From an uncultured Alphaproteobacteria bacterium (GTDB lineage: Bacteria; Pseudomonadota; Alphaproteobacteria; HIMB59; GCA-002718135): a stretch of DNA of 64,000 nucleotides. Below the pieces are notes generated by a model, which saw nothing but the letters and a program-made list of their open reading frames with translations, was not told the DNA's origin and searched no databases. Location: the NCBI GenBank assembly GCA_902577425.1, contig CACGZD010000006.1, positions 10,722 through 74,721 on the forward strand, in the 5' to 3' direction. How positions within the stretch are numbered: position 1 is the stretch's first letter; every line of letters starts with the position of its first letter. Both the position numbers and the translations under genes were made by a program. Shown here in pieces: positions 11,014 to 20,805 of the stretch.

Positions 11014-12225
11014 ATGAAATTTACCTTTATTAAAACAACACTTATTGCTTTTGTAGTGTCTCTGTTTAGCTCATTTCATTTAATGGCTACAGACATGCAT
11101 GGTGTTATGTGTGGTGGTGAAATTCGACCTGCAGACCAAGCTGTAGTAGATCAATTTATGGCAGATAATCCTGGTGTTAATGTTACTATGGAAGCTGTTC
11201 CTTGGGGAACTTGCCAAGATAAAGTTATAAACTTGGCCATAGCAGGAGATCCTGTGAGTTTTTCTTATGTAGGATCAAGAACTCTAAAAGGTTTAGCTGA
11301 AAATGGACATATTGTTGCAGTTAATATTCCTGATTCACAAAAGAAAATGTATCAACCAGGTATATTAGACACAGTATCTTACAAAGGGGAAATTTGGGGA
11401 TACCCTCATGCTTTTTCTACAAAAGCCCTTTTTATGAATTGTGGTATTCTTGAACAAGCTGGTTTAGCTTGCAATGGCCCACAGTCTTGGGATGAACTTT
11501 ATGCAATGGCTGAAACTATTAAAAATAATACAGGAATTGCAGGTATTGGTTTAACTGGAAAAGATTTTGATAATACTATGCATCAATTTTTGAACTATCT
11601 TTATAGTAATGGGGGACAAGTAATTGATCCTGATACTAATGAAATAACTTTAGATAGTCCGAATACTGTTGAAACTTTAGAGTTTTATGCAAAGTTAGCA
11701 AATGTTTCTCAAGAAGGACCATTAGCTTGGGAGCGTTCCCAGTTAACTGAACTATTTAATGATGAAAAAATAGCTATGTATATCAATGGTCCTTGGGGAG
11801 CTGGGCAACACAAAGAAGAACTTAGTGTGAAAACTGTAAGAATTCCTGCTGGTCCAAATGGTAGCCAAGGAACACTTTTAATCACTGATAGTGTTGCAGT
11901 CTTTAATAATACTGGTCATGAAGATATGGCAAGTGCACTTGTGGCTCAGCTTACTTCAGGTGATGCTCAATATGATTTAGATACTAGTTGGGGTCTAACT
12001 CCAATTATGCAATATCCTCAAATTGGTAAGGTAGCGCCATACAATACAGATTATTGGATGATGTTTATTGATGCCATTGCAGATGGAGGTCCTGAGCCTC
12101 TATTTGTAGATTATAAAGCTTTTCAATCAGTTATGAATTCTATGATTCAAGGAGCAATTCTTGGAGAAGGAGATGCGGCTGATTTAGTTGCTGAAGCAGC
12201 TGAAGAATTGGAAGAGTATAAATAG
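11014..12225 (+). CDS. Carbohydrate ABC substrate-binding protein (probably GlcNAc/amino-sugar)
   Basis: Signal peptide, SBP family 1 features (AMYINGPW), strong RBS GGAGG at 11005. Substrate inferred from the nag context. Confidence 0.85.
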   Translation: MKFTFIKTTLIAFVVSLFSSFHLMATDMHGVMCGGEIRPADQAVVDQFMADNPGVNVTMEAVPWGTCQDKVINLAIAGDPVSFSYVGSRTLKGLAENGHIVAVNIPDSQKKMYQPGILDTVSYKGEIWGYPHAFSTKALFMNCGILEQAGLACNGPQSWDELYAMAETIKNNTGIAGIGLTGKDFDNTMHQFLNYLYSNGGQVIDPDTNEITLDSPNTVETLEFYAKLANVSQEGPLAWERSQLTELFNDEKIAMYINGPWGAGQHKEELSVKTVRIPAGPNGSQGTLLITDSVAVFNNTGHEDMASALVAQLTSGDAQYDLDTSWGLTPIMQYPQIGKVAPYNTDYWMMFIDAIADGGPEPLFVDYKAFQSVMNSMIQGAILGEGDAADLVAEAAEELEEYK

Positions 12226-12239
12226 ACAAATTTTAAAAT

Positions 12240-12266
12240 AAGGACTGCCTTTTGGCAGTCCTTTTT
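12240..12266 (+). terminator. Rho-independent terminator after the SBP gene
   Basis: aaggactgcc-tttt-ggcagtcctt stem followed by a T-run. Confidence 0.85.
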
Positions 12267-12346
12267 ATTTAGTATAAAAATTTTCTAAACATTTTTGATA
12301 TTTAATAGATAATAATCTTAAATTATTAATGTATATATAATATTCA

Positions 12347-14152
12347 ATGTGTGGAATTGTCGGTATTGCTAGCAAAAATAATTGTATAGATAATATTTTG
12401 TCTGGATTATATTCTCTTGAGTACAGAGGTTATGATTCATCGGGATTAGCAACAATAAAAAATAATCATTTTGAATATAGTAAAAATATTGGTAAAATTT
12501 CTAATTTACAAAAATCTGTTAAAAATAATAAATTAATTGGAAATGTTGTAATTGCTCATACTAGGTGGGCAACTCATGGCAAACCTTCTATAAAAAATTG
12601 TCATCCATTTATAAAAGATAACTGTGTTTTAGTTCATAATGGTATCATTGAAAATTATACAGATTTAATAAATTATTATTCAATAAAACAAAAAAATATT
12701 AAATCAGATACAGACTCTGAAATTATTGCTGAAATATACAATAAGTTATTAAATGAATTTAATAATCCTATTGAAGCTATCAAAAACCTAAATAAAAAAA
12801 TAGTAGGATCATTTTCTTTTGCATTTTTAGTCCATGGATCAAAATCAATATATGTAACAAGAAGAGGGAGTCCTTTAGTTTTAGGTAGTGGAGAAGGATT
12901 TAATGCTGTTAGTTCTGATGTCTTAGGTTTGCCAGATAATACAAAAGAAATTATTTTTTTAGAGGAAAATGATATTGCCGAAGTAAATGATACTTCAATT
13001 CTAATTTATAATAATAACAAAATCATCAAGAGAGAAAAACATAAATTTATTCCAAAAAAAGAATTTAAAGTTAAAGGAAATTACAAACATTTTATGGAAA
13101 AAGAAATTTTTCATCAACCAATAAGTATTGAAGATACAATTTTGAATTTTGCTGATAAAAAAAGAAAAGTTGTTTATTTACCTAAAACTAATATTAAATT
13201 TAATGAATTTTCAAACATAATTATAGTTGCTTGTGGAACAGCTTACCATTCTTGTATGGTGGCAAAATATTGGATTGAAGAGATGACTGACTTCAATGTT
13301 TCAATTGATATAGCCTCTGAATATAGATATCGCAAAAATAAAGTTAATAAAAACTCCCTAGGAATTGTTGTATCGCAGTCAGGTGAAACTATGGACACGT
13401 TAAAATGTTTAAGTAAATTTAAAAAAAATAATATTTTCACAATATCTATAGTAAATGTTTTAAATAGCTCAATTGCTAGATTAAGTGATTTTATTTTACC
13501 TACTTTAGCTGGTCCTGAAATTGGCGTTGCTTCCACAAAAGCTTTTACTTCTCAATTATCTGTTTTAGCTCTATTTGTACTTAATCTTCAACAAGGAAGT
13601 AAAAATATTAATAAGATTTTTTTTAATTCTATTTTTAGTATCCACAAATCTGTTAAAGAAATTTTAAAAAAAGAAAATGAATTTAAGAAAATAGCTAAAA
13701 AATTAGTCGATACTAAAAGCATTTTTTATATTGGTAGAGGTGCCATGTATCCTATTGCATTAGAAGGTGCCTTAAAGTTAAAAGAAATTACCTATAAGCA
13801 TTGTGAAGGTTATGCCGCTGGAGAACTAAAACATGGCCCGTTAGCCTTAATTGAAAATAATATACCTGTTATTGTTTTAGCTCCTTTTGATGAAAATTAT
13901 TCTAAATTACTCTCAAATATACAAGAGGTTAAAGCTAGAGGTGGAAGAATTATTATGATTACAGATAGGGATGGTGCAAAAAAAGTAAAAAAATATTGTG
14001 ATCAAATTGTAATAATACCAAAAACAAATTTTTTAACATCCCCAATATTATATTCGATACCAGTCCAGTTAATTGCTTATTATTTAGCAGTTTTTCTTGG
14101 AACAGATGTCGATCAACCAAGAAATTTAGCGAAATCTGTTACTGTAGAATAA
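12347..14152 (+). CDS. glmS: Glutamine--fructose-6-phosphate aminotransferase
   Basis: N-terminal MCGIVG, LEYRGYDSSG, HTRWATHG, SQSGET, C-terminal DQPRNLAKSVTVE. Confidence 0.97.
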   Translation: MCGIVGIASKNNCIDNILSGLYSLEYRGYDSSGLATIKNNHFEYSKNIGKISNLQKSVKNNKLIGNVVIAHTRWATHGKPSIKNCHPFIKDNCVLVHNGIIENYTDLINYYSIKQKNIKSDTDSEIIAEIYNKLLNEFNNPIEAIKNLNKKIVGSFSFAFLVHGSKSIYVTRRGSPLVLGSGEGFNAVSSDVLGLPDNTKEIIFLEENDIAEVNDTSILIYNNNKIIKREKHKFIPKKEFKVKGNYKHFMEKEIFHQPISIEDTILNFADKKRKVVYLPKTNIKFNEFSNIIIVACGTAYHSCMVAKYWIEEMTDFNVSIDIASEYRYRKNKVNKNSLGIVVSQSGETMDTLKCLSKFKKNNIFTISIVNVLNSSIARLSDFILPTLAGPEIGVASTKAFTSQLSVLALFVLNLQQGSKNINKIFFNSIFSIHKSVKEILKKENEFKKIAKKLVDTKSIFYIGRGAMYPIALEGALKLKEITYKHCEGYAAGELKHGPLALIENNIPVIVLAPFDENYSKLLSNIQEVKARGGRIIMITDRDGAKKVKKYCDQIVIIPKTNFLTSPILYSIPVQLIAYYLAVFLGTDVDQPRNLAKSVTVE

Positions 14153-14154
14153 TT

Positions 14155-14883
14155 TTACTTCAATTTATTATTGATAAAAGCATATTTTTTTTCTAAAATT
14201 TCATTATGTTTTTTGCTATTAGGTAAATTGGAACTTAAGTAAAAAGGAAAAGGATTTTGATTTTTTAATTTTGAAGACATTTCAAGCCACAAGGAATTCA
14301 AAATAAATATTCCTGCAATTGTAGAAGATGAAGTTACTCCAAAATCTTTATAATTTATTAAAGTATCACCTATAGGACTGTAATTATCTATATAAATATC
14401 GTTATAGAAATAAAGTTTTGATTTTTTGATTTTTTTCAACTTATCTGAATAAGTTTTAGAAGTTACACCGATAACATATATTTTTTTATTTTTCATTATC
14501 TTTGCTATTTCTATAGATAATCGATTAATACCACTGGTTGAAAAAATAATTATAGAGTCATTTTTAGTAAAATTATATTTCTTTAAAATATTTTTAGCTA
14601 ATTTTGGATTTCTTTCATACTCTGATGCTTTTTTTATGCCATAAGAAAAATCTATTCTTTTATCTAAAATTGGAGTAACCCCAGCAAATGCTCCAGCTCT
14701 ATGCAAACATTCTTCTGCTATACAATGATTATGACCAGTACCAAAAACATACACAATCCCTCCATTAACATAGTTGTTGGATAATTTGCTGGCAATTAAT
14801 TTAATCTTATTTCTTTCATTTTTAGAAATTTTTTTTAATATTGAGGATAATTTTTTAGAAAAAATATCTATAGAGTTTTTCAT
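14155..14883 (-). CDS. SIS-domain sugar isomerase-like protein
   Basis: YVFGTGH, IIFSTSG and IDNYSPIGD motifs of single-SIS proteins. Confidence 0.8.
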   Translation of the reverse strand: MKNSIDIFSKKLSSILKKISKNERNKIKLIASKLSNNYVNGGIVYVFGTGHNHCIAEECLHRAGAFAGVTPILDKRIDFSYGIKKASEYERNPKLAKNILKKYNFTKNDSIIIFSTSGINRLSIEIAKIMKNKKIYVIGVTSKTYSDKLKKIKKSKLYFYNDIYIDNYSPIGDTLINYKDFGVTSSSTIAGIFILNSLWLEMSSKLKNQNPFPFYLSSNLPNSKKHNEILEKKYAFINNKLK

Positions 14884-14945
14884 AGATAGCTTATAATGAA
14901 AAAACGAATCAAAAAAAATTAAAATTATTAATTTAGGAAATTATC

Positions 14946-16028
14946 TTGATATCATTAAAAGGCAAAATTGTTAACTTTGACGAAACCTTCAATGGAGAAA
15001 TAATTTTCAATAAAAAAATAGATAAAATCACAAGGTCAAAATCTATACAAAATGAAGATTATATAATTCCTGGATTTATAGATCTGCATTGCCATGGAGC
15101 TAATGGTTTTGATACAATGGATGGATGGAATTCTATTAAAAAAATGTCAGCATACCATTTGAGTAATGGCACTACATCTATTTTACCAACAACTTGGACT
15201 AGTACAATAGAACATACATTTAACGCACTAAAAGAGTTTAAAAACTTTAAGAATACTAACACTAATATATTAGGTGTTCATTTAGAGGGGCCTTTTATCA
15301 ATCCAAACAAGCTAGGGGCACAACCTCCGCTAACGATAAATCCATCTATTGAATTTATTAAAAAATTGATAGATGTTGCTCCGATCAAAGTTATCACCCT
15401 TGCTCCAGAGTTAGATGGCATGGATGACTTTATTTATCATTTAGACAAGCTTAAAATTAATATTCAATTTGGGCATTCTTTAGCTGATTTTGAATGTTGT
15501 GCTAAATTTATGAATAAATATAGTATTGGATTTACGCATCTTTATAACGCTATGTCAGGTAATCATCACAGAAGTTCAGGGGTTTTAGGTGCTGCTTTAG
15601 AATTAGGATCTTTTGCAGAAATTATTTGTGATCTTAATCATGTTAATCAAACTTCTATTAAGATTGCTAAAAAATGTATTAAAAATTTGTATGCTGTTAG
15701 TGATTCAATGGGAGCTACTGGATTAGAAAATGGAATATATAATTTTTTTGGAGTTGATATTGAAAAAATAGATAAAAAAGCTGTTGTTAAAAAAACTAAT
15801 GCTTTAGCTGGAAGTGTAATCAATATGCATGATACTTTTTCCAATTTAATTAAATTAAAATTTTCTTTAAATGAAGCTGTTAAAATGACTAGTTACAATG
15901 CTGCTCAATATATAAAAGAAAATGAGCTGGGATATATCGGAGAAAATAAAATATCTAATATTTTAGTTTTAGATAAAACTTTAAAAATTAAACAAATATA
16001 TTTAAATGGAATTAAAATTAATGAATAA
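14946..16028 (+). CDS. nagA: N-acetylglucosamine-6-phosphate deacetylase
   Basis: PGFIDLHCHG, HLEGPF, TLAPE, GHS, THLYNAM, LAGS. Confidence 0.93.
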   Translation: MISLKGKIVNFDETFNGEIIFNKKIDKITRSKSIQNEDYIIPGFIDLHCHGANGFDTMDGWNSIKKMSAYHLSNGTTSILPTTWTSTIEHTFNALKEFKNFKNTNTNILGVHLEGPFINPNKLGAQPPLTINPSIEFIKKLIDVAPIKVITLAPELDGMDDFIYHLDKLKINIQFGHSLADFECCAKFMNKYSIGFTHLYNAMSGNHHRSSGVLGAALELGSFAEIICDLNHVNQTSIKIAKKCIKNLYAVSDSMGATGLENGIYNFFGVDIEKIDKKAVVKKTNALAGSVINMHDTFSNLIKLKFSLNEAVKMTSYNAAQYIKENELGYIGENKISNILVLDKTLKIKQIYLNGIKINE

Positions 16029-17043
16029 TTCAAAAGTATTAGAAGAAGCATTAAGTATACCATCAATAATTGAAAATTTTTCAAATATTGATAACAATCC
16101 TTATATTGAAACAGCTAATTTGATTAATCAAAAAAAAATTAAATATATTGTTACTATAGCTAGAGGAACATCAGATTGTGCTGCTCTTTATAGCTCTTAT
16201 ATTTTTGCTAAATATCTCGGTCTACCTACTTATAGTATGCCTCCTTCAATTATTACTCTTGAAAAATCCCATTTTGATTTTTCAGAGGCTTTAGTTATTA
16301 TAATTACTCAATCAGGTAAAAGTTCTGACTTAATTGAATGTGAAAAAAAATCAAAAGAAATGGGAGCAAAAACTATTTTAATTTCAAATAATGAAAATAG
16401 TCCAATAAATAATCAGTCTAACTATTTTTTTAATATGTTTGCTGATGAGGAGAAAAGTGTTGCTGCAACTAAATCATTTGTTCAAACTTTGTTAATATTA
16501 ATAAAGTTTGTTTTTTATTGCTTAGAAAAAAAAGATATAAATGATGATATAAAAAATTTAAGTGAGTTTCTTTTGAGAGATTCTAATAATCAGTGGGAAA
16601 CGGAGATAGTAGACAATACCATTAATACAGGATTTATACTTGGCAGAGGTGTTGGCTTCGCACTTTCAAATGAAATATCTCTTAAGTTTAAAGAATTATG
16701 CCAAGAAATGATAGAGCCATTTAGTAGTGCTGAAGTGATGCATGGGCCTAAAAGTTTAATTCAAGACTCATTTAAACTCTTTATTTTAGAAATGAATGAC
16801 AACAGTGGTTTAACTGTTAAAAAAGATAGTAATGAAATTACCAATTATACAAAATTAATTTATAATATTTCTTCAAATAATGAATCCAAAACAAGCTTTT
16901 TCTATCCACCAAATAAAATAACTGAATTAGATTCAGTGGTAATGATGACAAAATTTTATCCTTGGATCATCCGCTATTCTTTAAGCAAAGGACTTAATCC
17001 TGATAAACCACGTTATTTAACAAAAATAACAGAAACATTTTAA
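16021..17043 (+). CDS. Glucosamine-6-phosphate deaminase, double-SIS type (NagB-II)
   Basis: ARGTSD, TQSGKS, SVAATKS, EISLKFKE, SAEVMHGP, PDKPRYLTKITET. Follows nagA. Likely start MNNSK (ORF track start 16006). Confidence 0.85.
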   Translation: MNNSKVLEEALSIPSIIENFSNIDNNPYIETANLINQKKIKYIVTIARGTSDCAALYSSYIFAKYLGLPTYSMPPSIITLEKSHFDFSEALVIIITQSGKSSDLIECEKKSKEMGAKTILISNNENSPINNQSNYFFNMFADEEKSVAATKSFVQTLLILIKFVFYCLEKKDINDDIKNLSEFLLRDSNNQWETEIVDNTINTGFILGRGVGFALSNEISLKFKELCQEMIEPFSSAEVMHGPKSLIQDSFKLFILEMNDNSGLTVKKDSNEITNYTKLIYNISSNNESKTSFFYPPNKITELDSVVMMTKFYPWIIRYSLSKGLNPDKPRYLTKITETF

Positions 17044-17048
17044 AACAT

Positions 17049-18668
17049 TTGGATAATTTTGATATAGTTATTGTTGGAGCTGGTTCAGCTGGATGTATAG
17101 TTAGTAATCAAATAATTAAAAATACGAACTTAAAAGTATTATTAATTGAAGCAGGGCCAGGTGATAATAGTCCAACTATCCAAGTACCCCTTGGTTATGG
17201 TATGACTTTCTATCACAAAAAAATGAATTGGAATTTTTATTCTAAAGCACAAAAGAATTTAAATAATCGAGAAATTTATTATCCACGAGGAAAAGTTTTA
17301 GGAGGATCTGGATCAATTAATGCTATGATTTATGCACGAGGATTAAGTTCAGATTTTCAAAATTGGAATTTAAGTAGTGATTGGTCTTGGGAAAATATTA
17401 AAGCTACCTATGATCAAATAGAATTTACTGTTAGTGATAAAACAAATATATTACCTCCTAATAAAATTCCAGTAAATGATGTAAGCAAAAAACATCATCT
17501 CATATTAAGAAATTTTTTTGATGCAGCTAATGATTTTAAATTTAACTTTAATAAACAACTAAAAACATCTCTAGAAAATCAAGTTGGAAATTACAATGTT
17601 AACATATTTAACGGATTTAGAACTTCATCATCTAAAGTTTTTTTAAAACCTATAATCAAACATCCTAATTTAACTATTTTTACTAAAACAGAAGTTTTAA
17701 AATTAAATTATGAAAATAATAAAATAATAAGTTTAAAGATTAAGCACAAAAATAAAGTAATTTCAGTAAAACCAAAGATAGGTACAATCTTATCAAGTGG
17801 AGCAATAATGACACCTTATCTTTTGCTAAAATCAGGTATAGGTAATGCCGAAGAACTAAATAATTATAATATCCCTATCAATTTACACAGTCCTCATATT
17901 GGTAAAAATTTACAAGATCATTTAGGTTTAGATTACTTATACAAAACATCTATGACGACTTTAAATTATGATCTAGGTACTTGGAGTGGAAGAATAAAAT
18001 CAATTTTAAAATATTTATATAATAGAACAGGTCCTTTTGCATTAAGCCTCAATCAAGGAGGAGGGTATATTAATTGGAATTCTTTAGACCCTTACCCTAA
18101 CATTCAACTATATTTTAACCCATTAACTTATTCAGTTTCTTATAAAAAAAATAGACCTTTACTTAAAACTGATAAATTTAATGGTTTTATCATTGGCTTT
18201 AATTCATGTAGGCCAAAAAGCCTTGGGGAAGTTAAATTAAGAGCATCTAAAACAGATTATTTACCAAGTATAGATCCAAAATATTTAAGTGATGAAAGAG
18301 ATATTCATGATTTATATTCGGCTTTTGATTTTATTAGAAACTTTTCAACAAATAGACACTTAAAAGAAATAATTGATTCATCAGTAAATATTACTCCAAT
18401 AAATGCAAATAATGAGGAATTACTTGGCCACTTTAAATCAAATGCTGGCACTGTTTATCATCCTTGTGGAACATGTCGTATGAGTAAAGATATTAATTCA
18501 GGCGTTGTCTCTGAAAAACTAAAAGTTCATGGTATTAAAAATTTATGGATAGTGGATGCTTCTATTATGCCAAATATTACATCAGGAAATATCAATGCCC
18601 CTGTTATGATGCTATCATATTTATCTAGTAAAATTATTATAGAAGAATTAAAACAAAAATATAAATGA
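17049..18668 (+). CDS. GMC oxidoreductase (choline dehydrogenase-like)
   Basis: GAGSAG FAD motif, RGKVLGGSGSIN, NLQDH, YHPCGTCRM, VDASIMP..SGNINAP. Confidence 0.92.
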   Translation: MDNFDIVIVGAGSAGCIVSNQIIKNTNLKVLLIEAGPGDNSPTIQVPLGYGMTFYHKKMNWNFYSKAQKNLNNREIYYPRGKVLGGSGSINAMIYARGLSSDFQNWNLSSDWSWENIKATYDQIEFTVSDKTNILPPNKIPVNDVSKKHHLILRNFFDAANDFKFNFNKQLKTSLENQVGNYNVNIFNGFRTSSSKVFLKPIIKHPNLTIFTKTEVLKLNYENNKIISLKIKHKNKVISVKPKIGTILSSGAIMTPYLLLKSGIGNAEELNNYNIPINLHSPHIGKNLQDHLGLDYLYKTSMTTLNYDLGTWSGRIKSILKYLYNRTGPFALSLNQGGGYINWNSLDPYPNIQLYFNPLTYSVSYKKNRPLLKTDKFNGFIIGFNSCRPKSLGEVKLRASKTDYLPSIDPKYLSDERDIHDLYSAFDFIRNFSTNRHLKEIIDSSVNITPINANNEELLGHFKSNAGTVYHPCGTCRMSKDINSGVVSEKLKVHGIKNLWIVDASIMPNITSGNINAPVMMLSYLSSKIIIEELKQKYK

Positions 18669-19762
18669 AAATAAAGAAATTAGAAACTTTTACCAAACCA
18701 TTTGTAAGTTTTGTTAAAGTTACTTTAGAAGATGGCTCAACTGGAATTGGGCAAATGTCAACTTATCATGCTGATATAACAGCACAAATATTTCATAAAC
18801 AGGTTTGTCCTTGGATTTTAGGAAAGAACTATGAAGATTTTGAAGACATTGAAAACTTAATATTAGAAAAAGAACATAAATTTCCTGGCTCTTATTTATT
18901 ACGTGCAATTGCTGGTTTGGATACAGCATTATGGGACCTAAAAGGAAAACTAAAAAAGTTACCAGTTGTTTCATTAATTGGTGGCAATCCTGGTTTTCTA
19001 AAAATTTATGGATCATCTATGAAAAGAGATATTCAGCCTTATGATGAAGCAAAAAGATTTAAAACTCTTCAAGATGAAAAAGGTGTAAGTGCATTCAAAT
19101 TTAGAATTGGATCAGAATGTGGAAGAGGAAAAGATGAATGGGAAGGTAGAACAGAAGAAATTGTTAGATTAATTAACAAAGAACTTGATATATCTACATC
19201 TAAACTAGTTGATGCAAATAGCTGCTACTCTTCTGAGCAAGCAATAGAGATTGGCAAGTTACTTATAGATAATAATATAACTCATTTTGAAGAACCGTGC
19301 CCTTATTGGGACCCAGAAGAAACAAAAAAAGTTACAGAAGCACTAGAAATTGATGTCACAGGAGGAGAACAAGATTGTGATTTTAGAATATGGAAAGATA
19401 TGATTGATAGAAAAATTGTTAATATATTTCAGCCAGATGTTATGTACATGGGAGGACTAACAAGAATCTTAAAGCTAGCTAATATGATTAATAAGTCTGG
19501 TTTTACGTGCACACCTCATGCTGCAAATTTATCTCTTGTCACAGTTTGTACAATGCATTTTTTAAAGGCTATACCCAATGCTGGTAAATACTTAGAATAC
19601 AGTATTGAGGGTGAAGATTATTATCCATGGCAGAAAAATTTATTTTCTAAACATCCATTCAATATTATTGAAGGAAATGTTGAAATTTCTGATGATCCTG
19701 GATGGGGCGTTGAAATTAATAAAAATTGGCTTGAAACATCAGATTATAAAATTTCTGAATAG
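18665..19762 (+). CDS. Mandelate racemase/muconate lactonizing enzyme family protein
   Basis: DTALWDLKGK, VDAN, FEEP, GGEQ, QPD, PH and PGWG enolase-superfamily motifs. Confidence 0.9.
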   Translation: MKIKKLETFTKPFVSFVKVTLEDGSTGIGQMSTYHADITAQIFHKQVCPWILGKNYEDFEDIENLILEKEHKFPGSYLLRAIAGLDTALWDLKGKLKKLPVVSLIGGNPGFLKIYGSSMKRDIQPYDEAKRFKTLQDEKGVSAFKFRIGSECGRGKDEWEGRTEEIVRLINKELDISTSKLVDANSCYSSEQAIEIGKLLIDNNITHFEEPCPYWDPEETKKVTEALEIDVTGGEQDCDFRIWKDMIDRKIVNIFQPDVMYMGGLTRILKLANMINKSGFTCTPHAANLSLVTVCTMHFLKAIPNAGKYLEYSIEGEDYYPWQKNLFSKHPFNIIEGNVEISDDPGWGVEINKNWLETSDYKISE

Positions 19763-19816
19763 GATTGAATTGAATTAAGTTAAAATATATAATCTTTATA
19801 AAAAAGGTAATTATAT

Positions 19817-20005
19817 ATGGCTACTTATGAATGTTCTAAGTGTGGAATGTCTGTAAACGCAACATGTGGTAAATGTGATGATCCATTAATTGATGATACA
19901 ATTGATGTAAATGGTACTTCTGTTCAAGTTTCAAAATGTCCTAATGATCATGGCAAAATAAAATCACCAAGTTGTTGTGGTGAAGATATGTCTTGCACGT
20001 TATAA
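19817..20005 (+). CDS. Small Cys-rich putative metal-binding protein
   Basis: 62 aa, 8 Cys in a CxxC-CxxC-CxxxH-CC-C pattern, RBS-like AAGG upstream. Confidence 0.75.
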   Translation: MATYECSKCGMSVNATCGKCDDPLIDDTIDVNGTSVQVSKCPNDHGKIKSPSCCGEDMSCTL

Positions 20006-20010
20006 AAAAA

Positions 20011-20805
20011 CTATTTTAAAAAATTTTTAATTTCTAAATTTACCAATTTAGATTTTTCATAATACGCCATATGCTTCATTGATTTAATAATTTTTATTTG
20101 ACTGTTTTTAATTTCTTTATGTAATTTCATACTCATTTTAGGTGTAGAATTTATATCTTTTTCGCCAGTAATTATTAAAGTTGGAAAAGTAAATTTATTA
20201 AAATTGATTTTTTCATTATTAGATTTAGTAAATAATTTATATACTGGTAAAAAATTTTCTTTTTTATTTTTTTCTAATATTTTATAAAATTTTTTATATA
20301 TTTTAGGATTTTCTTTTAAATACTTTTCTGAAAACCATCTTTTAATTGCTATATTTGAAATACTACTTCCCTTAAGTGCCAATTGATACCTTGAAAATAC
20401 TAAATCTTTTTCTTTTTTTGATCTTTTATAAACTGAAGAAATTAATACTAACTTATTAATTTTTTTTTTAAAATTATTGCAAAATTGGAGAGCAATTAAA
20501 CTTCCTATTGAAAAACCTATTAAATTAACTTTTGTAAAACCTAGATAATTTATAAGGTTATTTAATTGAATACTTAAATTTTGATAGTTTATTTTTTTTA
20601 AATTTTTTTTTGTCATACCATGATTTAATAAATCATAGAAAAGAATATTCTTTTTAAAATATTTTTTTTGATTAGACCAAGCTGAACTATCTAATCCAAC
20701 TCCATGAATAAAAATTGTGGGGATATTTTTTTTATCTAAGTGGTATTCATAGTAAGTGTCATTTTTATCATAACCTTTTATAAATTTGTTGGTTATGGTT
20801 TGCAT
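20011..20805 (-). CDS. Alpha/beta-fold hydrolase
   Basis: FIHGVG oxyanion motif, GFSIG nucleophile elbow, GEKD and H catalytic positions. Confidence 0.88.
   Translation of the reverse strand: MQTITNKFIKGYDKNDTYYEYHLDKKNIPTIFIHGVGLDSSAWSNQKKYFKKNILFYDLLNHGMTKKNLKKINYQNLSIQLNNLINYLGFTKVNLIGFSIGSLIALQFCNNFKKKINKLVLISSVYKRSKKEKDLVFSRYQLALKGSSISNIAIKRWFSEKYLKENPKIYKKFYKILEKNKKENFLPVYKLFTKSNNEKINFNKFTFPTLIITGEKDINSTPKMSMKLHKEIKNSQIKIIKSMKHMAYYEKSKLVNLEIKNFLK

Noticed and set aside
12267-12346. glmS ribozyme/riboswitch upstream of glmS
   Set aside because: The region is short and almost purely A/T, with no structure or consensus.
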